A stretch of 47,340 nucleotides of DNA. It comes from a virus. Lineage: Duplodnaviria > Caudoviricetes. Below the pieces are notes generated by a model that was not told the DNA's origin, did not search any database, and saw only the letters and a program-made list of their open reading frames with translations. The position numbers were made by a program, and so were the translations under genes. Below, in pieces: positions 1-11,000 of the stretch (the first letter of the stretch is position 1; the number at the start of each line of letters is the position of its first letter). The stretch covers positions 1 to 47,340 of the IMG/VR virus record IMGVR_UViG_3300032243_001902; one strand, given 5' to 3'.

Positions 1-1171
1 TGCTACCAATTGTTAGATACTGCTCAGATGAGTTATTTCCTGTACCCACATAGACGTTTCTGCCGCTAGCTGAGCTGTTTTTACCTATCTCTATATCACC
101 GTCTGATGTTTCAACACTAACTTTTCCGCTTGAGGAAGCGTATCCGCCTTGAAGAAGAAGAGTTGAACCTCCATATGAACTTCCTACGGTAACGGTTTGA
201 TACGCAGCGGCAGTAGCTATGTTAGTAGTTCTAGTAGAATTTGAAGTGCCTATGTCAATATTGCCTGTACCGGATTGAAGCACTAGGGAAGAAGTACCGG
301 AAGTACTACCAACAGTAATTGAATTATTCCCTATGCCTGTAGCGATTTTTACCGTTTGATTACCAGAACCTAGAGGAGGACCGATGTTAATTGTTCTGCT
401 TACAGGATAAGTTCCAACATTTATCACACCAGTTCCAGCATGTAGCTGAAGACTAGATGCGCCGTAGGTGCTACCAACAGTGACGTATTGTTCTGATGAA
501 TTGTTTCCTGTACCTATGTAGATATTTCTGCCGTTTGCTGAGCTATTTTTGCCTATTTCTATGTCGCCGTCTGATGTTTCAACACTAACTTTTCCACTTG
601 AAGAGGCGTATCCACCCTGCAGCAGTAATGTAGATCCACCATAATTGCTTCCGACAGCGACTGTTTGATAAGCTGCCCCTGTCGCAATGTTAGTAGTTCT
701 AGTAGAATTTGAAGTGCCTATGTCAATATTGCCTGTACCGGATTGAAGCACTAGGGAAGAAGTACCGGAAGTACTACCAACAGTAATTGAATTATTCCCT
801 ATGCCTGTTGCTATTTTTACCGTTTGATTACCAGAACCCAATGGTGGACCGATGTTAATTGTTCTGGTAGCTGGGTACGTTCCGAAATTGATTACGCCTG
901 TTCCTGCATGTAGCTGAAGACTAGATGCGCCGTAGGTGCTACCAATTGTTAGATACTGCTCAGATGAGTTATTTCCTGTACCCACATAGACGTTTCTGCC
1001 GCTAGCTGAGCTGTTTTTACCTATCTCTATATCACCGTCTGATGTTTCAATGCTAACTTTTCCGCTTGAAGAGGCGTATCCGCCTTGAAGAAGAAGAGTT
1101 GAACCTCCATATGAACTTCCCACGGTAACGGTTTGATACGCAGCGGCAGTAGCTATGTTAGTAGTTCTAGT
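1..1171. repeat. Intragenic tandem repeat, 468 bp (156 aa) unit, ~2.5 copies visible
   Basis: tgctaccaa... recurs at 1, 469 and 937. The protein unit includes TRTTNIATAAAYQTVTVGSSYGGSTLLLQGGYASSSGKVSVETSDGDIEIGKNSS. Confidence 0.95.
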
Positions 1172-2722
1172 TTGATTGGTCGTACCTATACTAATAGTAG
1201 CTGAACCAGCATGATCGATGTTAATACCACCAGTACCTGCTTGAAGTGTTAAAGCTGAACTACTATAAGTTGAACCTAAGGTAACACTTTGAATAGTGTT
1301 GGATTTTCCTGTTAAAGAAATTTCATTATCGTCTAAGTACCCAACTGTCGAGTTATTGTTTCGAAGATAGATCCTTTGACCAGAAGCAGCATTAAGATAC
1401 GTCGCGCCAGATGAATCTTGTAACAAGGCATAATTGCCACCTGCGGAATGATCTAAAGAACTATGACCAAACATTCCATACGCAGTATTAGCTGGCCATT
1501 GGCCTATTTCAACATTACCTATTGTAGCATCTGCAGTCGTCGTTGATGTTGAAGATATAGAAACGCCGGCTGTACCTGCCTGTAGAGTCAAAGATGAAGC
1601 ACCATAGGTAGAACCTAAAGTAACTGTTTGTGCAGTACTAGCTTTACCTGTTAAAGATATTTCATTATCATCTAGATAACCTAATGCAGAATCATTGTTG
1701 CTTATGTAAACTTTTCCGCCGGTTGGAGCATTTAACCATGTGTTTTTTGTACCAGCAGAAGAAGCTTGAATCAATGCATAATTTCCTGCGACGGAATGAT
1801 CATAGTCGCTATTTCCAAAAAATGCATAACTAGTTCCAGCCGGCCAAGCGCCGATTTCAGCTTTACCTACAACTACGTCAGCCGTTACTGCTCCAACATT
1901 AACTGAAGTAGCGGCACCTCCAAGGTTAAGAGTTGTTACAGTCGAATTTAAAAGATTAAATGTGGTTGAGGTAGATGTTATATCACCGCCATTAACGGCA
2001 AGATCTCCTGATGTCGTGATGTTATTCGAATCATCAATTGTCACACCAGAATTTTGTATCGATTTACCTGTAGATAAGTTAAACCTAACAATCGCGTTGT
2101 CAGTCGAAGATGCTGGGCCAACGACGTCGCCAGCTCCGGCTCCACCACCACTTGCTGTGGATGATATGACAACTTTTCCATCGGACCCAGATGTTATAGT
2201 TACGTTTGCTCCAGCTGAAAGAAAAGATATACTGGGTTTATTGATCGTTGACCAGTTTTTCCCTTGCCAAATAAACTGTAAAGAGCCATAATTTGTGACG
2301 ATGGATTGATAGTTTTCTCCATCTATTTGGCTTGAATCATAACTATATACACGTATAGGTAGCTTAAAAGAAGTTCCAGAAAAATCTTTAATAAAGATAG
2401 ATTGTCCAACCCTAGGATTTATAGGCAATATAACTGAAACATATCCTGATGAAGGAATGGATGTTTGTGTGTATGATGTCTTAATCAACCCAACTGTTAT
2501 ATGATCATCGACTGATGTAGACCATTTGTTCGCGTCGCTTATCACATACTCTTTTTCAGATATTGACATGCGACCGGTCAACGTCAAGTCGGCTGGATCT
2601 TTGATTAGACCTATTTGAAAGTTGGCAGGACTAACGACAAGTTCTACGTTGTTTGATGTTTTGTCTCGCACTAGTAGTAGCGCTGATTCATCTATGCTCT
2701 TTTTTGTTTGACTTGTCGGCAT
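1..2722 (-). CDS. Tail fibre / long repetitive virion protein, 3' end outside the window (>=907 aa)
   Basis: Absent from the ORF track because it runs off the edge. I read it by hand from ATG at 2722 (MPTSQTKKSIDESALL...), open to position 1. It contains a fibre-type module (LPINPRVGQSIFIKDFSG...IDGENYQSIVTNYGSLQFIWQGKNW), GDVVGPASSTDNAIVRF, and Gly/Ser/Thr-rich beta-strand repeats. Confidence 0.8.
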   Translation of the reverse strand, partial: MPTSQTKKSIDESALLLVRDKTSNNVELVVSPANFQIGLIKDPADLTLTGRMSISEKEYVISDANKWSTSVDDHITVGLIKTSYTQTSIPSSGYVSVILPINPRVGQSIFIKDFSGTSFKLPIRVYSYDSSQIDGENYQSIVTNYGSLQFIWQGKNWSTINKPSISFLSAGANVTITSGSDGKVVISSTASGGGAGAGDVVGPASSTDNAIVRFNLSTGKSIQNSGVTIDDSNNITTSGDLAVNGGDITSTSTTFNLLNSTVTTLNLGGAATSVNVGAVTADVVVGKAEIGAWPAGTSYAFFGNSDYDHSVAGNYALIQASSAGTKNTWLNAPTGGKVYISNNDSALGYLDDNEISLTGKASTAQTVTLGSTYGASSLTLQAGTAGVSISSTSTTTADATIGNVEIGQWPANTAYGMFGHSSLDHSAGGNYALLQDSSGATYLNAASGQRIYLRNNNSTVGYLDDNEISLTGKSNTIQSVTLGSTYSSSALTLQAGTGGINIDHAGSATISIGTTNQTRTTNIATAAAYQTVTVGSSYGGSTLLLQGGYASSSGKVSIETSDGDIEIGKNSSASGRNVYVGTGNNSSEQYLTIGSTYGASSLQLHAGTGVINFGTYPATRTINIGPPLGSGNQTVKIATGIGNNSITVGSTSGTSSLVLQSGTGNIDIGTSNSTRTTNIATGAAYQTVAVGSNYGGSTLLLQGGYASSSGKVSVETSDGDIEIGKNSSANGRNIYIGTGNNSSEQYVTVGSTYGASSLQLHAGTGVINVGTYPVSRTINIGPPLGSGNQTVKIATGIGNNSITVGSTSGTSSLVLQSGTGNIDIGTSNSTRTTNIATAAAYQTVTVGSSYGGSTLLLQGGYASSSGKVSVETSDGDIEIGKNSSASGRNVYVGTGNNSSEQYLTIGS
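1233..1865. repeat. Second, more diverged intragenic repeat (~113 aa, 2 copies)
   Basis: EIGxWPAxTxYxxFGxSxxDHSxxGNYALxQ...GYLDDNEISLTGK...VTLGSTYxxSxLTLQAGT occurs twice; gtacctgc is at 1233 and 1572 (offset 339 bp). Confidence 0.85.
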
Positions 2723-2724
2723 GA

Positions 2725-4248
2725 TTATATCGTCACATTACCTGCTGAATCGACCGTAAAACCAACTAAGGTTAGATTTGATATTGGTAAAGCATCAGGC
2801 CTATTTCTTTGTTGCAAATCAAAATATGGCAATGATGATGTTGCATATTGGCTTAAGTTTTGTGAATGTGTTCTTGCAGGATCAGTTAAATTATCATTTT
2901 CATCCACAAATGCTACGGATACAGGACCTTCGATGATACTAGAACGACTTCCACCTATTGTTGTAGTATATTTTCTTTGTTCTAACAAATCTCTAAATTG
3001 TCCGTATTTTCCTTGTCTATAATATGCAGAGGTATAGTCAGGAAACCCGTTATACAATCCGTATTTCCATCCACGAATGATGGGAGAAATAGACCACACG
3101 CTTCCTGAAACTGCTTCATAACCAGAAAACCCATATGCTGGATTTGGTTCAACTGTACGTTGACTTTTTCTAAATTCGGGCCAGTTATTCGTTCCACGAC
3201 GAGCAAAACCTGTTTCATCAGAAGAAGATGTCAATTGACAATCAAAGAAAACAGTATTACAATCTCCATATCCAAATAAGACTTTTATTAAATCTTGGTT
3301 TCCAGCAGAACCCGTGGTAGGAAACCTATCACCTAAACCGTCATTAATATATTTTTCAACATTAACGTCACAAATCCAATGATGATAATAATTTCCGCTT
3401 AAAGGAGGAGAATAACTTAAACTATTAATACCTCTGTTTTTTGAAGATGGCTCAAGAGTAAGTGCTATATTAGAAAAATTAAAATTAGAAACAGTTCCTA
3501 CAACTAGCCCTTGTCTCATTACGCTAGATGGGCCTTTTTTTCCATCAATCACGGCACTAGTAGGTTGAAAACTCGCAGAGACAAAAGCTGCTTCATCAGC
3601 ATAAAAAGACCCATAGTATGTAGCCTCTGTTTTAGAAAAGTCAATCGATTTTTCTCTTTTTATAGATGAATATCTAGGCTCAAATGGAAATGATTTAGTC
3701 CAATGTACATCAACACACGGATTAACAATAGATCTTGGAATATTGTTGTATTTAGAGCCAGTTAAATTTTGTGTATTAAATGCGTCAGGAACATAATTGT
3801 CGAACATAATCCATGAGCTACTAAATAGATCTACTCCTGCGTAAACCTTTGTTGCACCTGGATTGCTATATGGATCTTGAGATTTCAAAGCAAAAATATT
3901 TGCTCCATTTGCTTTAAAGCAAGAAATTGGATTTGGAACTAATGTATCATAAATTCTTTCATCATAACAAACATGTTTTGCAGCTTTACAATTACCAGCT
4001 TTTTCTCTATAAGGTTGCAGTCTGTATGACAGAGAAGTTGTATAATCACTTGGAGATGTTCCGGGTATTTTTGCTTGATTGCTATTGATTGAACCGTATA
4101 CTACTCCGCGGGAGCCAGATATAGAAAGTATTTTATTACCAAAAAGGGTAATTTCTGTATACATCTTACCCATGACAATTTGGTCATAAGTTCCAGAGAT
4201 GTAAGTTTCTTTATACTCTACTTCATATTGATCAAGCACGGCTACCAT
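2725..4248 (-). CDS. Putative virion structural protein (507 aa)
   Basis: Long ORF coupled within the structural module; Ser/Gly/Tyr-rich; no family recognised. Confidence 0.6.
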   Translation of the reverse strand: MVAVLDQYEVEYKETYISGTYDQIVMGKMYTEITLFGNKILSISGSRGVVYGSINSNQAKIPGTSPSDYTTSLSYRLQPYREKAGNCKAAKHVCYDERIYDTLVPNPISCFKANGANIFALKSQDPYSNPGATKVYAGVDLFSSSWIMFDNYVPDAFNTQNLTGSKYNNIPRSIVNPCVDVHWTKSFPFEPRYSSIKREKSIDFSKTEATYYGSFYADEAAFVSASFQPTSAVIDGKKGPSSVMRQGLVVGTVSNFNFSNIALTLEPSSKNRGINSLSYSPPLSGNYYHHWICDVNVEKYINDGLGDRFPTTGSAGNQDLIKVLFGYGDCNTVFFDCQLTSSSDETGFARRGTNNWPEFRKSQRTVEPNPAYGFSGYEAVSGSVWSISPIIRGWKYGLYNGFPDYTSAYYRQGKYGQFRDLLEQRKYTTTIGGSRSSIIEGPVSVAFVDENDNLTDPARTHSQNLSQYATSSLPYFDLQQRNRPDALPISNLTLVGFTVDSAGNVTI

Positions 4249-7172
4249 GTTTTGGTTCCTCCGACAACGACCTCATGCACGGCATCAGATGCAAGAGATT
4301 GGTTTAAAGTATCATGAAATTCTTGACCGTTTGAAACTAAGCTACCATATAATGTGATATTGATGCTTCCTGTCGTCAATTTAATATCATGTTGAACAGA
4401 TCCAGAAGTGTGAGGTTGAGATGATAAATTAGAAAAGAAAACAGGGCGCGTTTTTGAAACAGATAGAACTAATCTATCACCTGGGAATAAAAGATAGGGT
4501 GAAACTATAGAACGTTGTCTTGACGTCAAGGAATATGCATACACTATACTGTTTCCCTGGCCTGGATTTCCTAAAGATATTCTGCTTTGTATATCGGCTG
4601 CCGTCGTCACATTTTTATAGAGATAAAAGGGGTTATCATAAAACACGATATCTTTTCCTTGTGTCGTTACGTATTCTTTTCCTAAAATTGATCTACCTGA
4701 AGGTTGAAATCCGCTACCTCCACGACCAAAATTGTTTATTGAGTTTATTGTTCTGTTACGATTACCCGGCGTAGAGCTAAACAGGGGTGAATCGTCGCCG
4801 ATTCTCCAGACAGAAGAGCTGAATAACGTTGTTATTGCATCAAGAGCAGCTTGCGTATTTGGAGGACCTGAACCTGTAAACGCTTGCGGTATATTAAAAA
4901 AATCTTTAATCAATAGACCATTTGAAATTTCAGATCTGCATTTTAATGTAACACTACCAGTATAAAAATATTTACTATTGTTTAATTTACCAGTAACAAT
5001 GCAACCTGGTGTTGAAAAAGCATTAAATCCTTGAGGCGTAACTTGCCAAATTTTTCCTCCCTCGGATCCTCCATGACTTATCCATGAAAGTGAACTGCCG
5101 GCCGGTACGTTAGGTGTGTTTGAAAATACTATTTCTGCAGTATTATCAAGATGATGAGTAATAGTGCTTGATAGTATTAAATCTCTTCTTCTTTCAGATG
5201 ATCCAATAGAGATTTGATTAAATAATGCGACAGTAACTCCAGGTCCTCCGACATCGAAACATGTAGGTAATCCTCCGAAATATCCACCGGGGGTAATACT
5301 GTTTGGTATTGGGGGGGAATTTGTTGTTAAAGGAATGAAACATCTAGTTTTATCATTAAACCAACCTGGACCAGCTTCTATCGGTAATTCGATAACTGCT
5401 TTTTCTAACAAAAAAGGTTGTTGAATCGGTATTGTGAATGATTCGTCTGATGATGCGTTGTAATCTTGGTTGTTTTGTATACTTTTGTTATACGTTGAAA
5501 TTAAAGAATCAATTTCATTTTCTTTACTCCAAAGTTTCCCTATATGTGGATCTGTTGCACTTGAAGTAACTCCTCTATTTACAGATCCTGAAGTTAAATT
5601 AAACCCAAACGCATTAAATCCTCTATCTGTTTCAATTAATCTACCATATCCAGCTTCTGTGTCTGGGTATCCTATATCGCTTCCATTTACAAATGATGCA
5701 GTAGGATATTGCCAACGACCAATCTTGGAATTAAAATAATAAATGCTAGATGTGGTTGGTAACATCAACGTTTTATGATCAACTCTAAAAGATAATTTGA
5801 TCTGTGTTTTAGATTTAAGTGGTTGTTTAAATCCTTCTCCAACTTCAGTTGTTGAAGATCCAGTAAGGAAGAATGCATCCGTGTCGGCCCCTGGATCATT
5901 TTCAAAAAGTTTATTTTCCGTGAATGGAGCGATGTACGTTACTGTATTATCTTCAAGATATTCTTGAACAGCTGATTTTGAAATGCCACCAGTTACTTCA
6001 AAATCTCCAGTAAATAAATTTTGATTTAGAGCGACGGCATTAATGTTTGAAGCGTAAAATCTAGGCAGCGTTGTGGGATAATTTATGACAACGCCTGATT
6101 TTCTATACATCAATGATTTTCTATCATCAAAAAATATAGAGTCTGCTCCGCTTCTTGAATCACCTGTTCTTGCAACTGTTGGCAATTTTAATCTTGAATC
6201 TTTTTCTCTAAGAGAAAGTCTAGGTAAAACTTTTCTTCTATTTAGAGGTGGTTGAAAAGATAATGTGACACCTAATTTTCCTTGAGCTGGCCACCATGCT
6301 TGTGGATTTAATCCGACGGCATAAGGGACAGTGTAACTATCTTTAGTTTCAGTGTATGATCCTGAAACCGCGCCGCCTAGCTTATATCTAAAACGTTGTC
6401 CACCAGTTTGATATCCTATTTCATAGGAAAAATCTCTAAATCGCCAAGTACCTCCAGGCATGAAAATGCCTATTGTAGCATCTTCATTATTGGTTGGTCC
6501 AAAAGTCAATTCAACTCTTGGAGCATATCTGTATTCTATCTTTCCATTTTCATATAAGACAATTTCATAACGTATGATGCTGGAAAATGGTACTGCAAAA
6601 TCAGACATGCTATTCCAGCGAACTATTAACCTTCTTCCTTCTTCGGAAGTGTTATCATTTGCATATCGAACGCCAAACTTTCTAGGATTGACATAAGAAA
6701 GAGGCTCAGGAGATAATCCTCTGTTGTATGATTCTATTCTTGCCGCCGACGGAGTGTATGGTCCTGTAATGTCTTCAGGTTTTGCGTATACACTTTTTAT
6801 ATCATCAAACCAAGGAGCTAATAAAACGTGGTTTTTTAAGAAAGTTGAATTAATTCTAGAATTTTCATACGTATTAACCATTACGTCCGTAATGGCAAAA
6901 ATAGGATTTGCTGGATCTAATAATATCATCCACCCATTTGGAGATATTCTAAATTTTTTATGGATTCTTCCATCAAAAGAAAAAGGAAATCCTATTTCAA
7001 TTTCGTCACTATAACCATCGTCGGCACCACCAAGACCAGCAGATCCAGGAATTTGTGCAAATTTCTCTTGTGGTATTTTAGTTAATCCGGCGTCTACATC
7101 TTCAATTGATGTTAAGATGTAATTTTCGAATGTTCTGCTTGGAGCAGAACGTAAAGATTTGGGAGTAGTCAT
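4242..7172 (-). CDS. Putative virion structural protein with N-terminal NIDO (nidogen-like) domain (976 aa)
   Basis: DDGYSDEIEIGFPFSFDG...ISPNGWM...LAPWFDD...LIVRWN...YEIVLYENGKIEYRY...ATIGI matches the NIDO-type pattern; located in the tail/baseplate module. Confidence 0.65.
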   Translation of the reverse strand: MTTPKSLRSAPSRTFENYILTSIEDVDAGLTKIPQEKFAQIPGSAGLGGADDGYSDEIEIGFPFSFDGRIHKKFRISPNGWMILLDPANPIFAITDVMVNTYENSRINSTFLKNHVLLAPWFDDIKSVYAKPEDITGPYTPSAARIESYNRGLSPEPLSYVNPRKFGVRYANDNTSEEGRRLIVRWNSMSDFAVPFSSIIRYEIVLYENGKIEYRYAPRVELTFGPTNNEDATIGIFMPGGTWRFRDFSYEIGYQTGGQRFRYKLGGAVSGSYTETKDSYTVPYAVGLNPQAWWPAQGKLGVTLSFQPPLNRRKVLPRLSLREKDSRLKLPTVARTGDSRSGADSIFFDDRKSLMYRKSGVVINYPTTLPRFYASNINAVALNQNLFTGDFEVTGGISKSAVQEYLEDNTVTYIAPFTENKLFENDPGADTDAFFLTGSSTTEVGEGFKQPLKSKTQIKLSFRVDHKTLMLPTTSSIYYFNSKIGRWQYPTASFVNGSDIGYPDTEAGYGRLIETDRGFNAFGFNLTSGSVNRGVTSSATDPHIGKLWSKENEIDSLISTYNKSIQNNQDYNASSDESFTIPIQQPFLLEKAVIELPIEAGPGWFNDKTRCFIPLTTNSPPIPNSITPGGYFGGLPTCFDVGGPGVTVALFNQISIGSSERRRDLILSSTITHHLDNTAEIVFSNTPNVPAGSSLSWISHGGSEGGKIWQVTPQGFNAFSTPGCIVTGKLNNSKYFYTGSVTLKCRSEISNGLLIKDFFNIPQAFTGSGPPNTQAALDAITTLFSSSVWRIGDDSPLFSSTPGNRNRTINSINNFGRGGSGFQPSGRSILGKEYVTTQGKDIVFYDNPFYLYKNVTTAADIQSRISLGNPGQGNSIVYAYSLTSRQRSIVSPYLLFPGDRLVLSVSKTRPVFFSNLSSQPHTSGSVQHDIKLTTGSINITLYGSLVSNGQEFHDTLNQSLASDAVHEVVVGGTKTW

Positions 7173-8077
7173 TAGTAACCAAAGCCCCCAAAAGCGATTG
7201 AGTCAGTACCTTTTAGTGTGACATCATCGTATGTCCATCCACTGGTTGCTGATATTTTTCCATTAGGAACGTAATCTTCCGTCATTGGATTCATTTGTAA
7301 CAATGCATGGCTCATTTCAGAAGACATATTTGTTGACAATTGTACCTTAATTGAGCCATCATTAAACGGATTTATGTACGTTTTATCATCATTAAAAAAA
7401 GCCATGGTAGGAATTTTTTTCACGGTTCCTATCATGTCTATAAGATCTAACCATGGCGTGATTTTATGATTCGTGGTTTTGTCATCGACTGTCAATATTC
7501 TGCTATTAGAAGTCGTGATGTCTGAATTACCATCCATCATCATTCCCTTAACGGCATGGGCCTCAAATGGAACATCAATGCTAAATAGAGCGGCGACAGC
7601 TCGAATTGTTAGTGGCTCTATAACTCCATTGAAATTGTAATTTTCAGTTTCATCGCTATCATGAGTAATAATAGGATATGTTACTAATACTTGATCTGAT
7701 TTAATGTATTCAATAGGATCAAAGTAATCAAGATCTTGATAATAATTTTGTTTTAAGAAGTTTCTGTCAGTTCCATAAAGATTTTTTCTCAGGACATGCC
7801 CAGGTTCTCCTGCATGAATTTTTACAGAAGCTCCAGCATCAAAATGCTTTAATCTTGTAAGTTCTACGCCTTGTCGATATGGATCCAACGCTGCGGTATC
7901 CATCGACCCTGTTAACACATATTCGTTAACGGTGCTGGACTTGATTTTTTCATCTTTGTCCTGGCCCAGGTTATCATCAAAATAATTTGTGATAATTTTT
8001 GGTAGGAAACTATAAAAGAATACTGTGTCTTTTTTAGGAGACAATAATTGGAGAGCTCTACTTAATTCATTACTCAT
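7172..8077 (-). CDS. Hypothetical protein, probably virion-associated (301 aa)
   Basis: ORF translationally coupled (1-nt overlaps) to both neighbours; no recognisable family. Confidence 0.55.
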   Translation of the reverse strand: MSNELSRALQLLSPKKDTVFFYSFLPKIITNYFDDNLGQDKDEKIKSSTVNEYVLTGSMDTAALDPYRQGVELTRLKHFDAGASVKIHAGEPGHVLRKNLYGTDRNFLKQNYYQDLDYFDPIEYIKSDQVLVTYPIITHDSDETENYNFNGVIEPLTIRAVAALFSIDVPFEAHAVKGMMMDGNSDITTSNSRILTVDDKTTNHKITPWLDLIDMIGTVKKIPTMAFFNDDKTYINPFNDGSIKVQLSTNMSSEMSHALLQMNPMTEDYVPNGKISATSGWTYDDVTLKGTDSIAFGGFGY

Positions 8078-11000
8078 TAGTATTTCCTAAATGTACCAAC
8101 TATCTGTTGCAATAATAATACGTCCTTTATTCTATTTCTGTCCGCTTCTCCTAAATAAATCTCACTAGAATAGTATTCATGCTTGTGTCTTTCTAGCATA
8201 TGAGACTCAATCAAGAAGTTAGTTCCTTTGTATACGGTTTTTCTAGGAAGTAATTGTTCAATAAAACTACTGATAGTAGAGTCAAACCAACTATAGAAAT
8301 CTAAAAATGCTCTAAAGTTTAATTTGTCTTTTAATCTGTTGAAATAGACGTTTCTTAATTTTTCTAGATCTGGATAATCAGGTGAATATACTAATTCTGG
8401 GCTACCTATGTAGTTTTCCATTGATTCAAAAGTGGAAAACATATTGACTATATCTTTGTTTAAAGTATCAACTAGAGAAAAATCTATTGAAAATCTGACG
8501 TCATCGGTTGGTGCTTCAGATCTAACAATTTCATGCACGGGGGCTCTATTTGCCCATGGATAACGATCAATTAATTCGTCTTGTTTGTATCCACGTACTC
8601 TGATTTTATCATCTGATATAGCTTCATCAAAGTAAGGAGAAAGATAAGAATATCTAACGATTTCAGGAATTATGCAGTTAGAGTCTGTTGGAAATCCGCT
8701 ACCTGTCAAATGCATATTATTTTCGCTGAAATCTAAGAATAGAATCTTTCCAGTTGCATCTGCAATTTTATTTTCCTGTTTAGTCAAAGAATCTAAACGC
8801 AATTTTTCAAATGATCCAGAAACAGTAGTTGTGTAGTTGTAATTGCCTTTAGGATCATCTACACCCAACGATTGATAGTTTCTTAAATGTTCAGACCATT
8901 CTTTTTCCGTCAAAGCCTTTGACCAAAACCTCGTTTTCATCGCGCGACCATCAAATCGAACAGCTCTTGTGGCATCATCAACAACTTTAGAAGAATTATT
9001 TAAGAACCTATAAGTTGATCCAACACCAGCTGGTATGTTTTGATAGGTTCCTAATGCGATGAAAGTTCCTGATGCGTTAGTATTATAAACTGTATCTAAT
9101 TTTCTAAAAACGTTTGAATCTAAAGATGAACCAGATCCAGTTAATTCGTAGAAATAAGATGAAGTACTAATCATGTACCGTATATCACCATCTGATTGAG
9201 ATCCTACACGCAAGAAATATGATGATGATACTTTTGAATTTATAGAATCGTTACGTTCACAACCAAATGATACATTCCAAATATCTCCACCGAAGATTGA
9301 ATCTTTAGGAAGATCTAAAGATAATTTCAAATATGATGATGCTAAATCATTACCTGGTCGTAAGAAAACGGCTATCCTTGGTGTGGTTTCATCATAATAT
9401 CCTATTAAGTTTGCAACCAATCCTGGATTGACTAGCCCTGATCCTGTCACACAAAGTCTACATAAGCTTTGTGTTGTCGAAGTTAGAGGAACTCCTACTA
9501 AATTGAATTTGTAATCTGATTCAAAAGTCCATGACCCAGAAGTAAAAAGACCGTCATTTCTAGAATTTGAAATTCCGTGAGGGCTATAAATCTTCTTTTT
9601 TACAAAACTACCTTCTATATCCGGATATCCGATTTCCGTTCTAGACCCTGAAAGGAAGGGCGATACAACTAATGATGCACTAGTGAAGTTAACCATTCCC
9701 GTGACATCAGATTTGTATTCTCTGGCGCTAGAAAGGTTCTTGTAAGTTGGACCGCCATATTCTCTAAAACGCATGCTAGAGTCTGGATCTATTCCTAGCG
9801 CTCTAATAAAAGATTTGATGCTATGTTGAGTACCTTTCGAACGAATAACCGTTGGGAGGTTAATCAAAATTCTTCTTAGTAATTCATGCTGAACGTATTG
9901 AAGATTATAACTTTCGTTGCTTTTTGCTAAAACATCTATGTTTTCTCCAGAAACATATTGTTCTATTGTAGAATCGTTGAATAAGGGCGGTAAGTACATA
10001 CCATATTGTTTAGCAATATCAAACAAAAGACTGTTCGGTATGCTTTTATTCAAGTCATAGTCAACCGTTTTTAAATTACTAAATGCATCTAAAAACAACT
10101 TTATTTCATCAAAAAACTTTGCCCAAATATAGAGCATTGATAACATTAATTGAACGTTGTTAAGACGTCCTTGCCCTGGGATTCCAGTTCCTCCGTATTG
10201 AGCTCCGTTGTTTTGTTCCGCTGAATTAAATCCTTCTGTTTCTGCACCTTCTAACAAATAATGTCTTGGAACTAACCTTGTTATTAAGTTAGGATTTTCT
10301 ACATCATAATTTGAAGCGCTGCTTAACAATGTAGTATTCAATTTCACTACGTCAGTATATGAAGGGAATAAGACAGGACATGAATCATCACGCTCATAAA
10401 TTAAATTGCTGGTAGGATCATTGTTTGCATTTTCTCTTAAACCATCAACGAAGTTTGTTACATAAGAATGTAACGCATTTCCTGAGCTGTCAAGAACGAT
10501 TGCATTTGTTATATCATCAGCAATAGGAGAAAGAGGAGGTGGGGGTTCATTAAACCTATAGTAAAGTTTTAAATCTTCTGAAGCATAAATTCCCTTTTTT
10601 GCATAAGAAGATTGTTGTTGCGCACTTCGAACAGAGTGGAATATACGTAGTTCGTCAATTGTTCCGGACAAGGTCTGTTGAGGCGTAACCGTTGTCGATC
10701 CAAGTCTGTATGCAGATCCGCTACCTATCAAAAGATCAGCAAAACTTATGTTCATATTTCCGATATACACACTTTGATCTGACGTCTTTTTCAGAGTTTC
10801 ATTATTACAGATCTTTAAAACGTGCAAAGGTTCGTCTCTATCTAGTATAAAGCAAAGATGATTAAATTTGCCTTTGTCTATTTCATGAAAAACAGACATA
10901 TTAAACGATCCAGAAAAGACATCAAATTGTGTTTGTACTTTCGAGACAGATCCAGTTGGATTTAGCCGAACAGAAAAACCGACATTTTCTGTTTGATTAA

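Noticed and set aside
1-1171. Repeats as a CRISPR array or a DGR template/variable repeat
   Set aside because: The units are in-frame coding repeats (468 bp) without spacers, the differences are mostly synonymous and not adenine-specific, and no reverse transcriptase is present in the window.
1962-2291. Plus-strand 109-aa ORF and the other short plus-strand ORFs in the track
   Set aside because: They are antisense shadows of long minus-strand genes and show no recognisable motifs.
2982-3218. Small nested minus-strand ORFs (2982-3218, 22465-22671, 26790-26984, 30452-30664, 45514-45696, 46325-46660)
   Set aside because: They are alternate-frame ORFs wholly inside well-supported genes, with no independent evidence.
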